From NCBI GenBank assembly GCA_964621395.1, contig CAZULS010000001.1, positions 64,615 through 128,614 of the forward strand: a stretch of 64,000 nucleotides of DNA. Direction: 5' to 3'. Shown here piece by piece: positions 19,499-29,849 of the stretch. Under the pieces are notes generated by a model that worked only from the letters and a program-made list of their open reading frames with translations, was not told the origin of the DNA and did not search any database. The stretch's first letter is position 1; each line of letters starts with the position of its first letter. The position numbers were made by a program, and so were the translations under genes. This DNA is from an uncultured Candidatus Saccharibacteria bacterium. GTDB lineage: Bacteria > Patescibacteriota > Minisyncoccia > Phycocordibacterales > JACNGX01.

Positions 19499-19954
19499 AT
19501 GGAATACGCTGAAATCAAAACAATTATCACGGGAATCTTGGATGCCATGGAGGCGCCGTATTCGGAGGTGGATATTGTGGAGGATGGTGTGGGTACGGTC
19601 TTTATGATTCGCACAGACGATGCCAAGCACTTAATCGGCTATCGAGGGGCAACGCTTTCGGCGCTGAATCATATTGTGAAGCGTATTATAGAGAAGGACG
19701 GATATGAAAGGGACGGAGTGCGTTTCTCTATCGATGTGAATGACTATCAAAAAGAGGCTAATGATCAGTTGCGTGTACGAGCAAACATGCTTGCCGAGCG
19801 TGTGCGGGCACTCTCCTCACGTACCGAGCTTGAGCCCATGTCTTCATATGAGCGTATGATTATTCACACAACGCTTGAGCCACTTTCTGATATTCATACT
19901 GAATCAATTGGAAAAGGAAAAGAGCGCCGCGTGGTGATTTCGCATAAGGGATAG
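19499..19954 (+). CDS. jag: Jag/KhpB-like KH+R3H RNA-binding protein
   Basis: LIGYRGATLSALNH, IDVNDY, LEPMSSYERMIIH, TESIGKG. Confidence 0.88.
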   Translation: MEYAEIKTIITGILDAMEAPYSEVDIVEDGVGTVFMIRTDDAKHLIGYRGATLSALNHIVKRIIEKDGYERDGVRFSIDVNDYQKEANDQLRVRANMLAERVRALSSRTELEPMSSYERMIIHTTLEPLSDIHTESIGKGKERRVVISHKG

Positions 19955-20100
19955 AAGTTAGGAATTAGGAATTAGATTGCGCTTCGTGCAAAGGAAAAGA
20001 CAAAGAAAAAAATAAAAAAGCCAAAATACAAAACACACGGCGGCACCGAAGGTGCCGCCGTGTGTTGTATACATATTTCGTATTTCATTTTTCTTATTTC

Positions 20101-20296
20101 TAGAACCCATCTCATATTAAATGACTTATTCTCGTGCCACATATTCGCAGCGTAGATGTCTCGGAGACCGTGCCGCACTTTTGTGCGGTGCAGTTGAGAG
20201 ACAAGGTGCAGCCGAATATGTGGTGCGAGAATTGCCAAGCTCTTACACGAAGTGTAAAAAGTATTATCTTAGCGGTTTAATATGAGATGGGTTCTA
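20101..20296. mobile_element. TAGAACC-ended MITE, subfamily B (196 bp)
   Basis: TIR tagaacccatctcatattaaa...tttaatatgagatgggttcta. The interior ggagaccgtgccgcac...gtgcggtgc is shared with subfamily A. Confidence 0.8.
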
Positions 20297-20299
20297 GTT

Positions 20300-21595
20300 T
20301 CAGTAATTCACATTCTCCATTGCCTCATCGATGCGGAGAATCCATGGCGTCATGTCGCGCTTATTGGTAAAGAGAAGGAGTGAGCCGTCGTCGCTCAGAA
20401 TTGGGTTGATCAAGTCGATGGTGGCATCATACATATTTGGATCAACAAGAAAGAAGCCGGTAGACTCTTCGACATCGTAGTACCATATATCATCTTCAAA
20501 GAACATTTCCCCTTTGTACCACGTGTCGGGATATTGGATAAAAGGAAGGGAAAATGGCACTCCGCAATAGACACCCTCCCCCGCCGTGTCCCAGACACAT
20601 TTTTCAGGAAGTGTATCAAAAAGGAGCGCTGTTTCTTCCCCATCTGAGAAGACTTTTAGTATGAGCGTGTTCCCCAAGCTTTCAGAGAAAAGCACTTTCG
20701 TGCCGTCGGGGTTGACGAGTGTGGTGAGACCATTTATGCCGCTCAATAGAGGATTAAGTGTGCTTGAGGAGAGCGATGTGTAGTAGCTGTACCCGGGAAC
20801 AGATGCCGAGGGCTTTGTGGTGAGGTAGATATAGTCGTCTTCCGCCCAGTCGATAAGCCATTCGGAGAGCGGCGAAGAGAATGTCTCTTTCGGGCCTTCT
20901 CCGGAGAATGGCACAATAATGCCGCGAGAGCCACTTTGCGTTCGCTCAAGGAGAAAGAGTGAGTCTTGCGAGGGGTTGGTATCGAATGTAAGAGTACCGG
21001 TGCGGAGGAATTCTGCCTGAGCAACACCAATGACTTCCCCCTCTTCTTCTGCCGTGGAGATTGAAATGCCGGTCCCCTCAACAACATCAGTATCATTCAG
21101 TGAACGAGTAAAAAGCTGTGATCCGTCGGCACTGAAGAGTGCATCGTGAATATGCGGGATGGTTGTGTTGGTAATACGCGTTGCCTCAAGTGTGTCAACG
21201 GGGATATCAAATATATGTCCGGTCGCTTTTGTGATCACGCGAATAGCAAGAACATCCTCAGCCCCTTCTGTTTCTTCCTGTATTTCGGAGAGAGTGACAA
21301 ATGTCGCTCCTGACACGGGCTCGGGGAATACTTGGGAGATAAGGTCGATAGCGGGTTGAGTGCCGTCACTTGGCGTTGTGCCTCCCTGGGTACCATTCTC
21401 CTCTCCCCCACCGAAGAGAGAACCGAGAACACCCCCTCCTTCACCGCCAAAGAGAAAGCTAAAAAAACCACCACTTTGTATTTCCTCGGAAGTGTTATTG
21501 CGGTTGAGAAACATCATTCCCGCACCAGCAAGGATGGCGACGATAATGAGGATGAATCCCCAGAGAATAATTTGTTTTTGTCGTGCGCTGTTCAT
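20300..21595 (-). CDS. Membrane-anchored acidic extracellular protein, beta-propeller-like
   Basis: N-terminal TM, repeated S/N-x-DG strands, TLPEKCVW motif. Confidence 0.75.
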   Translation of the reverse strand: MNSARQKQIILWGFILIIVAILAGAGMMFLNRNNTSEEIQSGGFFSFLFGGEGGGVLGSLFGGGEENGTQGGTTPSDGTQPAIDLISQVFPEPVSGATFVTLSEIQEETEGAEDVLAIRVITKATGHIFDIPVDTLEATRITNTTIPHIHDALFSADGSQLFTRSLNDTDVVEGTGISISTAEEEGEVIGVAQAEFLRTGTLTFDTNPSQDSLFLLERTQSGSRGIIVPFSGEGPKETFSSPLSEWLIDWAEDDYIYLTTKPSASVPGYSYYTSLSSSTLNPLLSGINGLTTLVNPDGTKVLFSESLGNTLILKVFSDGEETALLFDTLPEKCVWDTAGEGVYCGVPFSLPFIQYPDTWYKGEMFFEDDIWYYDVEESTGFFLVDPNMYDATIDLINPILSDDGSLLLFTNKRDMTPWILRIDEAMENVNY

Positions 21596-21600
21596 AGATG

Positions 21601-22623
21601 TTATTGAAAGAATGTCTTTTGAGTCTCTCCGAAGATGATGGATAGTGTCTCCGAAAAAGCTTGAAGTATGTATTCGGGGGAGGTAATGGAGAGGGAGACA
21701 GCCGTGTTCCCCGTTGTACCTTCCGGAACATCAATAGCCAAATCCCCCGGATTACTCCAATGCGACGGAACGGACACGCCTCCCACAGACCAGTCGTAAG
21801 AAAGCGACGAACGATTCAAATCATACGTGGAAAAGAAATACGGTTCGGCACGAAGGACGGTTTCTCTGTCTTCAAATACAGCACCGTCTGCAAGGGCTTC
21901 ATGGAAACGCACGCCGAGCGCTGGATGCTCTTCATAGAGTATGATTTCCGGATCGACTTCGGGAATGGAAATTGCCGCGCTTGCGCCAAGCGTGCCGCTC
22001 TGGGAGAGTGCTTCAACGGCAATTGTCTCAGCGGGGAGAAGTATATTTTTTTTCATTGTGAGGGTTGATTTCCCATATCCCGATTGGCTTTGTACATCGC
22101 GTTTGAAATTGTTACGGCTCCACGTATAGACAAGATTATTTTCAGAAATGCGCGCGCCACCTTGAGTGGTGATGTGTGGAACGGCAATGACCTTCACAAA
22201 TGCACCGGAAGCCGGAAGCGCCTTTCCTTTATAAAAAGGGGGTGTGTATGTTTGGGAGGCCTCCCAGAGGAGATCAATACTTTGTGGTGTGACAGAAAGA
22301 AACTTTTCATACACCGCATTCCCAATGCTGATTGTGGTGCGTATGGATGTCGTTTCCCCGGCGGAAGAAACAGGAAGAGAGAGGATCGTCATGCCGGGAG
22401 CGCTGTCCGAGAGAACACCGTCGACATACCAGGTAATGGTTGCTCTATCAAGATCGACGGCGTATGACGAGAGGGAGACGGTGACTGTTTCTCCCGGGCG
22501 CGGATACGCCGGCGAGATGCTCACGTCGATGTGCGGTTCGAATGCGTGTACCGCTCTCGTAGAAAGGAGAGTGGCACAGAGTACCAGAGGAAACAGGATT
22601 GTTGTGAGGAGAGTTTTTACCAT
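21601..22623 (-). CDS. Secreted protein with Ig/PKD-like repeats
   Basis: Signal peptide ending VHA, ITWYVDG, YTPPFYKGKALP, YDWSVGG. Confidence 0.75.
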   Translation of the reverse strand: MVKTLLTTILFPLVLCATLLSTRAVHAFEPHIDVSISPAYPRPGETVTVSLSSYAVDLDRATITWYVDGVLSDSAPGMTILSLPVSSAGETTSIRTTISIGNAVYEKFLSVTPQSIDLLWEASQTYTPPFYKGKALPASGAFVKVIAVPHITTQGGARISENNLVYTWSRNNFKRDVQSQSGYGKSTLTMKKNILLPAETIAVEALSQSGTLGASAAISIPEVDPEIILYEEHPALGVRFHEALADGAVFEDRETVLRAEPYFFSTYDLNRSSLSYDWSVGGVSVPSHWSNPGDLAIDVPEGTTGNTAVSLSITSPEYILQAFSETLSIIFGETQKTFFQ

Positions 22624-22630
22624 AGATGTA

Positions 22631-24496
22631 TTATACCACGCCAGCAATGCTTGAAAGCGGATTGTCCGGAGCCTCATTCCCGCCGCTTTCTTTGAGGGCT
22701 TTCTTTGCTTCACGAATCTGGAGTACCTGTGAAGGATCGGAGGTGATGATTTGCTCCTCGGTGTAGGAAGCGAGGATTTTTATGGCAACGTGCTTGAGCC
22801 CTGCGAAGAATATACCTTCGCCGACATCGGATTCAAGAAGCAAAAATTTCTCTTCGTCGGTGAGATTGAATGTCTTTTGAACGGTGTCGATGGCTGTCGG
22901 TGATTGCTTGAGGAGAAGCTGGATTGAGGAGTTGGTGATAATCGGCAAGCCATACGGTGAACGAAGGAAGTCGGACACATCTTGGGTGATGGTTGCCACG
23001 CCAAGATAGTATTTTCGACCACGTTTCGTCATGCCAAAGAGGAACGATGCCGTGTCTTCGGATTTCATCATCCACCATGCCTCATCGATCACGAGAAGTC
23101 GCTTTTTAAGCTCGCGGCGAACGGCATTCCAGATAAAGTGGGTGATGATGTGCATGGCAACCGTCTTAAGCTCATCTTCCATATCACGCACAGAGAAGAC
23201 CACAAACTTTTTATTGATATTGATATTGGTTGGGCGGTTGATAAATTCAGACCACGTACCTTTTGTGTATTTTGAAAGACGATTGAGAAGTGACTCCCCT
23301 CCTTCCATGCCGGAGAGTACCATTTCAAAATCGGAAAGAAGCGGCGGTACAACATGCGAGAGGTCTGAATCGGGTGTAATGTCTTTGAGTGCGTAGGTTT
23401 CCGTGATGGCACGGTCGATGATGGAATCTTCCTCGGGAGACAGTCCTCCAAGCATGATACGGAAAAGACCGACGAGCGAAATGGTATTGGCACGAAGAAC
23501 ATCAGCCGCCGTCTCATCCTCACTGGGCATGGGAAGGTCGAAAGGATTGATGTGATGAGGAGATGTGAGCGAGATATTAAAATAGCGACCGCCTGCGGCT
23601 TCTGCCATAAATTCATATTCGCGCTCCGGGTCAATCACAATCACCTCCGTATCAAACATGAGGGTGCGAAGAATTTCAAGCTTGGTAGCAAACGATTTTC
23701 CGGCACCTGAGGTGGCGAAGATCACGGAATTGTAATTTTCCATTGAGAAACGGTCGAAAAGAACGAGGCTGTAATTGTGTCGGTTGATACCGTAGAGAAT
23801 ACCGCGATCGGATGTGAGATTAAATGAGATAAACGGAAAGATGCTAGAGAGCGGCGAAGAATTAAGCTTTGAGTGAATACCGAGCGAGTCGGACCCTGAG
23901 GGAATAACGCTCTTAAACGCGTCTTCTTGCTGGAAGAGGCTGGGCTTGAGATAGACGAGCTTTGATTCGAGAATCGACTTGATTTCCGATTCGATACGAT
24001 CGAGCTCTTCTTCTGTTTTTCCATAGACGGTGATGTAGAGGCCGACATCAAAGAGACGCTCTTGGGCCTGTTGGAGCTGGTCGCGAAGGTTTTCAAGATT
24101 GGCATAGGCGGCGGCAAGCTTCGGATCGCGCACCATACCGCGTTCCTCGCGCATCATAATTTGACTTTCCACCTCGGCAACTTTTTTCTGGAATTTGCGC
24201 AAAATAGCGGCGGTGTCCACCGGATGAATATGGATGGACACATCAAAGACAGCATCGAGGTTTACAATCGGGGAGAACCAGCTGTCGGCGAGATAACGCG
24301 GATAGGAGATGACAAAGAACGTGCGGGCAATACGGTCGCCCAAATTGAGCTCGCGAGGGGTGATTTTAAGTGCCGAGGGAGCAATAACGTCCTTCAATTC
24401 CAATACTGCCGATTCATATATTTCATGCGGCAATACAGGCACCACTTCCGGTGTGTCTTTCCCCTTCCCTATTCCCAATGTATCAAGAAGTGACAT
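22631..24496 (-). CDS. virB4: VirB4/TraC-family ATPase
   Basis: GILYGIN, LFDRF, Walker A ATSGAGKS, IDPEREY, INPFD, LVIDEAW, KRGRKY, ITQ. Confidence 0.9.
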   Translation of the reverse strand: MSLLDTLGIGKGKDTPEVVPVLPHEIYESAVLELKDVIAPSALKITPRELNLGDRIARTFFVISYPRYLADSWFSPIVNLDAVFDVSIHIHPVDTAAILRKFQKKVAEVESQIMMREERGMVRDPKLAAAYANLENLRDQLQQAQERLFDVGLYITVYGKTEEELDRIESEIKSILESKLVYLKPSLFQQEDAFKSVIPSGSDSLGIHSKLNSSPLSSIFPFISFNLTSDRGILYGINRHNYSLVLFDRFSMENYNSVIFATSGAGKSFATKLEILRTLMFDTEVIVIDPEREYEFMAEAAGGRYFNISLTSPHHINPFDLPMPSEDETAADVLRANTISLVGLFRIMLGGLSPEEDSIIDRAITETYALKDITPDSDLSHVVPPLLSDFEMVLSGMEGGESLLNRLSKYTKGTWSEFINRPTNININKKFVVFSVRDMEDELKTVAMHIITHFIWNAVRRELKKRLLVIDEAWWMMKSEDTASFLFGMTKRGRKYYLGVATITQDVSDFLRSPYGLPIITNSSIQLLLKQSPTAIDTVQKTFNLTDEEKFLLLESDVGEGIFFAGLKHVAIKILASYTEEQIITSDPSQVLQIREAKKALKESGGNEAPDNPLSSIAGVV

Positions 24497-24521
24497 ATAG
24501 ATTACAACTGTATTGGCTTAC

Positions 24522-24622
24522 CCAGCCCCACTTTCACCGACAGAGTTGTAATTTTTACGTGCGTTAGAGGCTTCATATACCTTCAAATGATTAATGAAAT
24601 GAATGAGTGAAAGTGGGGCTGG
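24522..24622. repeat. ~100-bp hairpin element
   Basis: ccagccccactttcac...gtgaaagtggggctgg perfect 16-bp IR, 101 bp. Confidence 0.7.
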
Positions 24623-24686
24623 ATTGCAGAGGAGTTATCTTACCTTGAACGTTGGATACCTTGTTACTCATTGTATCACGCTTTTA

Positions 24687-25337
24687 CTACAACTGAATCG
24701 GTTTATCGAGCTCGCCGGGGTTAAAGATGCGGTAAAAGAGTTCGATCAATTCTTCCGTACCCAGCGGCGATGTGCGGATGCCGGTGCGTACGAGACCTTG
24801 CTGGACGATGTACGCACGTTGTTCGAGCTGAGAGCGATTGACCTCGAATTCGTCTTCCCCTTTCTTTCCCTCGGGGAACTGTTTTTTCTTCGTTCCCAAA
24901 ACGTCACCGAGGACGCCCGTGTTTGTCGCGATAATTGATGGCGTATACGGGACGACAATGAAGAAATTCTTCGACATGATATTGGTTTGTTCGGTGAATG
25001 TTTTGATGAAGCGAATGTATTCGCGGATCTGCACTTTCGAAAGATCATTCACCTGCTCTTTTTCGCGTCGTTCAAGGAGGGCAACATATGGACGGACATC
25101 ATAGCGGCGGGATTGAATGTAGATTTGCACCGAAAAATCAAGTGAATTGAGGAAATTTTGAAATTGGATGAGGATAGACTGCTGCTCATCCGGAGACTTC
25201 AGCGACATATTTACCGAGGATGTCATCAGTACCATTTTCAGTGACCCATCTTCCATCACAGCCACACCATCCCGCACTTCTTTGATAGGGACGAATTTCT
25301 GAGACGCTTCTGATTTTTTTGCTGTTGATGTTGGCAT
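24687..25337 (-). CDS. TraC/VirB4-N-terminal-like protein of the secretion cluster
   Basis: FVPIKEVRDG, SSVNMSLKS..EQ..I...FQNFLNSLDF, KNFFIVVPY. Lies between prgI and virB4. Confidence 0.75.
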   Translation of the reverse strand: MPTSTAKKSEASQKFVPIKEVRDGVAVMEDGSLKMVLMTSSVNMSLKSPDEQQSILIQFQNFLNSLDFSVQIYIQSRRYDVRPYVALLERREKEQVNDLSKVQIREYIRFIKTFTEQTNIMSKNFFIVVPYTPSIIATNTGVLGDVLGTKKKQFPEGKKGEDEFEVNRSQLEQRAYIVQQGLVRTGIRTSPLGTEELIELFYRIFNPGELDKPIQL

Positions 25338-25352
25338 GGTGATAATAATAGC

Positions 25353-25772
25353 TTACTGTATATTTTTTTGCACATCCAAACTCCAGGCAATATCTTTGAG
25401 CTTGCTTTGCGAGAGTGACGGCACGTGCATCGTCTCTTGAGATGGCATACTCTCTTGGTTAGCCGCTTTTTTCTGTGCCTCTTTCTTTTTCCAATCTTGG
25501 CTCCAGAGGTAAAGCTTGGCTCGCGTTGCATACATGAAGGCAGCTTCCAAGACATCAATGAAAGGGCGGTTGTGTATTTTGAGGAATGCAAGTGCAATGC
25601 CCAAACTCGCAATCGGGAGGATGAGAAGTGCGGCGAAGAAGAGAGGCAACGATACGTAGAGGACATAGGAAATACCTGCTGCTCCCACCAAGTAGAGAAA
25701 CTGGCGAAACGAAAGTGTTCCGGCAAAGATTTTGTCCTCTACCTCGATGAATTGTGGTGTTTGGAATTGCAT
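25353..25772 (-). CDS. prgI: PrgI-family (VirB3-like) membrane protein
   Basis: MQFQTPQFIEVEDKI..TLSFRQF, two TM, LAFLKIHNRPF. Confidence 0.85.
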   Translation of the reverse strand: MQFQTPQFIEVEDKIFAGTLSFRQFLYLVGAAGISYVLYVSLPLFFAALLILPIASLGIALAFLKIHNRPFIDVLEAAFMYATRAKLYLWSQDWKKKEAQKKAANQESMPSQETMHVPSLSQSKLKDIAWSLDVQKNIQ

Positions 25773-25855
25773 AAGTGAGTTGCGAGTATCGAGTATCGAG
25801 TTTCAAGCATGGGCACCTACGGTGCCCATAGGCATACTAATCGCGTGTCTTTTTC

Positions 25856-26539
25856 CTACTCCACCGGCTCACGATACGGATCAAGAGGTGTCTTAGGAGA
25901 TGGAGAAGGAGCGGTATCGGACGGTGTTTCTTCACTTCGTGCTTCCTTGAGGACGGTTGTGTCAATCATTTTCTTCTCAACGATATTTTCATGGCGTGGC
26001 TCTCTCTCTTGCGCCGGTAATGCTCCCCCCTCTTGTTCTTTCATGAAGGTGTCCCCCGGCGCTTTTTGTGTCATGCGAGGCTCCTTTCGCTCGGCTGCCG
26101 GAGCAGGATTCTCAATTTCTTTGAGAAGTTCAGCGCGGGTTGGTAAGTGCATTGCCATTTCTTCGTCCTCTTCCTCGGCCGATTCCGCTTTAGCGGGGTT
26201 TAGGCTTTCCTCCACAGCACTCTCTTTCGGACCGCCGAGAGACGCACGCATCGGCTCAAGAATTTCGGTGTTCACATCGATGAGAATTGCTTCAGCAACC
26301 TCCGTAGGTATACCAAGTTCTTCGGTAAGTGTTGGAAGATAGTCCGAGCGCTCTACAAAGCCGAGAATGACCAATCCGGTAACATCATTGAGTATGCCGA
26401 GCTGATCGATATGCAGGTTGTGACGCGTACCAATACGGCGAAGCTGCTCGCCCGTTTCTGCCGAAGCGAGTGCTTCTTGCACCGGTGCGGGCATAGAGGC
26501 AAACCGCTCATCCAATTGTTCTTGTGTGAAGTCAATCAT
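25856..26539 (-). CDS. Acidic hypothetical protein
   Basis: Long ORF in operon context, IGTRHNLHIDQLG, C-terminal DPYREPVE. Confidence 0.75.
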   Translation of the reverse strand: MIDFTQEQLDERFASMPAPVQEALASAETGEQLRRIGTRHNLHIDQLGILNDVTGLVILGFVERSDYLPTLTEELGIPTEVAEAILIDVNTEILEPMRASLGGPKESAVEESLNPAKAESAEEEDEEMAMHLPTRAELLKEIENPAPAAERKEPRMTQKAPGDTFMKEQEGGALPAQEREPRHENIVEKKMIDTTVLKEARSEETPSDTAPSPSPKTPLDPYREPVE

Positions 26540-26555
26540 ATGTGTCTATATGTGA

Positions 26556-29066
26556 TTATTTCTTCTCCGCATCTTTTTTATCTCCACTGCCCTCGCTTGA
26601 TTTATTCAGAGCATCGCGGAGATTGCGACCTGTTTTTTCAGCCAGCTTTGATAGTTGCTCAAGGTCCTTCTTTTTACCCTCGAGATCTATCTTATTTTTT
26701 TCATGTCTGTATTTCGCATCACGAGCAGTTTCCAGTTCACGGGTCTTTGCTTTTCCTTCCGGTCCGGTGCGCTCTGATTGAGTCATACTGTTTAATGTTG
26801 CCAAGAGAGATTCTTCACGTTTTGCTTCTTTCTTCAGACTGAGGTTAATGTTGCGAAGGTTTACGTTGAGTACTCCAAGTGTATTTTCAGAGGCCGTTTT
26901 CCATTCACCAGGGGAGGCATCAGCTGCCGCAAGACTACTGAAACGATCGTCTTTCTTCAGGGCTTCAAATTTCGCTTCATCCCGTTCTTTCTCAAGACGT
27001 TTATCTTTACCCGCATCTACTTTCTTAAGAATCTTTCCACTCGCTTCCATCTTTCCTCCCTTCGGTGCGCTTTGGTAGAGGCCCTTCATATCTTCCGCCT
27101 GCTGAGCTCTTCGTGCTTTGATTTCTTCTTTCTGCTGTGTCAGCTTAGCGTCAATTGCCCCACGCTCTTCCTCCGACTTGCCTATCTTCTTAAGTTTGCC
27201 GAAAATAGAGTTTACGGCAAGTCCTGCGGACTCCGGAATATTACCAATCTTCATGAATGTTGGCAGAGATTCCTTCTGAAGGTTCTCAGCGAATTCTTTT
27301 CGTGCAGCATCAGCGTACTTGTCGCCCACTTTGCCAAATGAATCAGCAAGTTTGATATTTTCTTTCTCTCGTTGTTCCATCTTTCCTTTGAACCCTCCCT
27401 TGCCGCGATCTTTGCCCCATGCTCCAATATTTTTGTCAGCTCCCACTTGACCGCCAATTTTCGTTCTCCTGATATCAAAGCTGCTCGTTGCTGCTGTATC
27501 CAAGCCGCGAAGCGCCAATCGCCCTGCCCAGTTTTGTCCCCATGATTGTCGTCTTGCTTCATCTTTACCAAGACTGGTTGCAAGACCGCCAAGTCTCTTT
27601 CGAAGCACTGCTCCGCCAACGCCGCCTGCCGCAAGACCAAGCGCTCCGCCGGCGAGTCCGGCGACTCTTTTACTGATGTCGAGAGAGACTCCGGCAAACG
27701 AGCCACATCTTTTGTCCGTCTGATCTTTGCCATATTTCAGAAGGAGAATGATGACACCAAACTTAAGCGCAAGCACAATGATGAATTCAAGGAAGTTGAG
27801 ACCCGATGTATTGTCGCTTGCCAGGAAGAGATTTGTTGCGTTAGAGGGGTCAGCAAAAATGACAGCAAGCCACACGAAGAAGAGAAAGATGACAATACAA
27901 AACGATTTACCTACAAGCTCTTTCCAGAAATATTTTTGTGTGGGGCTACTCGACTGTGGCAGTATCATGCTCACAAACGCCAAAGGCGAAGCGGCCATGA
28001 GTATCCACAAAACGACAATACGGGAAAGGAACAGAAATCCCGTGATAAAAAATATCCATGCCATGTAAAACATCATGGTAAAGGAGGCGACATAGAGAAA
28101 TACGAGTTTCCATACATCCCCTGTTTGTGCCATGTCTTCTCGTTCCTGGAGCATTTGCTGCGGGTCAATTTTTGTCATGAGCGTTGTGGAAACACCTTTT
28201 ACTTCTCTTCCGTCTCTATTTATAGCATCGGATTTGAGAGCAGCACCTTGCTCAGCCCTTCCATTGAGATTGCCGATTTCTGTTGTTTTAAAGCTATCGT
28301 AGAAAAACAGCGCAGCCATATTGCCAGCATCAATAATGACGCGGGTTACAAAGAGGCTGAAATTAATGAGAAGGGCAACGATGATGACCTTATGCAGAAG
28401 GTCTTTCGCCGTATTTTTGGGGATTCGAAGGATGGTGGCAATGGAAATCCACAGGAGGATGAAAATAAATGCAGCATTTGCCAAATCGCGGATATTTTCC
28501 CATGCACCTTCTACGAAGGTCTGGTTAATAATGTTGGGACTGATACCAAAATGGAGGAGGTAGTCGAAAAGAATGCCGGCACCCGCCATGGTGTGTCCGG
28601 AGACGATGAAGATGCCGTACATGACATGTCCGATACAGTTTCCTATCCCCACATTGTCAAGCCCACAACTGCCGAAAGGGCTGCTCCCCGTTGCTCCACT
28701 AAGAGGATTTGCCTCGTTTTGCATGTCCTCCAATGCTTGCTGACCCTCCTCTTCGCTTTGGCAGGTTGCCGGGAGACATGTGATATTATAGCCTCCTTGG
28801 TTTGCAAGGCTTACCTCCATGTTTTTTACGGACTGATCATTACAGCTTGTTGACCCATGTACTGTCTGGTGTGCACTGTACGAGGTTCCATACATGTCCC
28901 TAACGTATTGTATTCGACAATCAGCAGAAGCAATTGAGGGAATACAGACGAATAAAAAAAGCACAGGAAAAAACCATATGTTTTTGGGGAAGCTGTTGCC
29001 TTGTGTTTTGAAAAAAGACGTGAAGAAAGAAAACATACTACACATATATTGTACCAAAACATACAC
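26556..29066 (-). CDS. VirB6/TrbL-like polytopic membrane protein with long charged C-terminal tail (start uncertain)
   Basis: WENIRDLAN..FIFILL, IIVALLINFSL...IIDAGN, RIVVLWIL..SPLAF, Gly-rich then coiled-coil tail. Confidence 0.75.
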   Translation of the reverse strand: MYVLVQYMCSMFSFFTSFFKTQGNSFPKNIWFFPVLFLFVCIPSIASADCRIQYVRDMYGTSYSAHQTVHGSTSCNDQSVKNMEVSLANQGGYNITCLPATCQSEEEGQQALEDMQNEANPLSGATGSSPFGSCGLDNVGIGNCIGHVMYGIFIVSGHTMAGAGILFDYLLHFGISPNIINQTFVEGAWENIRDLANAAFIFILLWISIATILRIPKNTAKDLLHKVIIVALLINFSLFVTRVIIDAGNMAALFFYDSFKTTEIGNLNGRAEQGAALKSDAINRDGREVKGVSTTLMTKIDPQQMLQEREDMAQTGDVWKLVFLYVASFTMMFYMAWIFFITGFLFLSRIVVLWILMAASPLAFVSMILPQSSSPTQKYFWKELVGKSFCIVIFLFFVWLAVIFADPSNATNLFLASDNTSGLNFLEFIIVLALKFGVIILLLKYGKDQTDKRCGSFAGVSLDISKRVAGLAGGALGLAAGGVGGAVLRKRLGGLATSLGKDEARRQSWGQNWAGRLALRGLDTAATSSFDIRRTKIGGQVGADKNIGAWGKDRGKGGFKGKMEQREKENIKLADSFGKVGDKYADAARKEFAENLQKESLPTFMKIGNIPESAGLAVNSIFGKLKKIGKSEEERGAIDAKLTQQKEEIKARRAQQAEDMKGLYQSAPKGGKMEASGKILKKVDAGKDKRLEKERDEAKFEALKKDDRFSSLAAADASPGEWKTASENTLGVLNVNLRNINLSLKKEAKREESLLATLNSMTQSERTGPEGKAKTRELETARDAKYRHEKNKIDLEGKKKDLEQLSKLAEKTGRNLRDALNKSSEGSGDKKDAEKK

Positions 29067-29106
29067 AGAAGAACACTATTGATTTGTGTATATAAAAACT
29101 CCCGCA

Positions 29107-29631
29107 TCAATATGCACGGGAGTTTTGGGCAAGTTTTTCCACGCCCTGAAAATAACCCTTTTCTCTCAGAGTATCGTAGTCGTCCGGACGCATACCAAAC
29201 CCTTCAGTGTAGAAACGAAACAGCAAGACATCCACGTCCAGTTTCTTCTTACGCATTATTGTTTCATATACCTCATAATAGAGCGAGTCAAATGCGGGGT
29301 CATAGAGCCCGCCTGTCGTCTCTACCGCTATAACGAATATAATATCTGACTTTATTCGTTCTGCTGAGAATCCGTTTTCGTTGCCCCCTTTCTCTATCTT
29401 AGCAAACATGCCCTGTTGCTTGTTGCGCACGACAACAGTAACAACGCGCATGAAGAATTTTTTCGATTCTTTAAGTATTTTCTGGTCGTCGATAGGGACT
29501 TCATTGAGGACCCATTTCTCGACCTGGTTAAGGTTAAGGGAGTCCTCATATACCTGCTTCTCTGTGGTTTTGCATCCACCGAAGAAGAGGATGGGTGCGA
29601 TAACGAGCAGTATCGGTATTATTTTTTTCAT
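29107..29631 (-). CDS. Putative lipoprotein (ORFan) inserted in the secretion cluster
   Basis: MKKIIPILLVIAPILFFGGC lipobox-like, SD GGAG, own TTGACA-17-TAGTAT promoter at about 29712-29740. Confidence 0.75.
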   Translation of the reverse strand: MKKIIPILLVIAPILFFGGCKTTEKQVYEDSLNLNQVEKWVLNEVPIDDQKILKESKKFFMRVVTVVVRNKQQGMFAKIEKGGNENGFSAERIKSDIIFVIAVETTGGLYDPAFDSLYYEVYETIMRKKKLDVDVLLFRFYTEGFGMRPDDYDTLREKGYFQGVEKLAQNSRAY

Positions 29632-29849
29632 TTCGTTCTCCGTTTGGGGCGGCGGCGTGAGCCGCCGCTAGGGTTTATTTGTACAAGTACAAAATAGATT
29701 ATTCTGCCCACATACTAAACAATTTAGACTGTTTTGTCAATAGGACGTGTTGGGGGACATGTGGATAACTCAAGTTCTCGACATTTGGAAGATTTGGAGA
29801 GCCCTTACTGTGGACGAGAGTCTTTTAGTCGTTGTCTCCTTCTCCGTCG

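Noticed and set aside
27546-28853. 435-aa plus-strand ORF
   Set aside because: Antisense shadow of the VirB6-like gene with no recognisable motifs.
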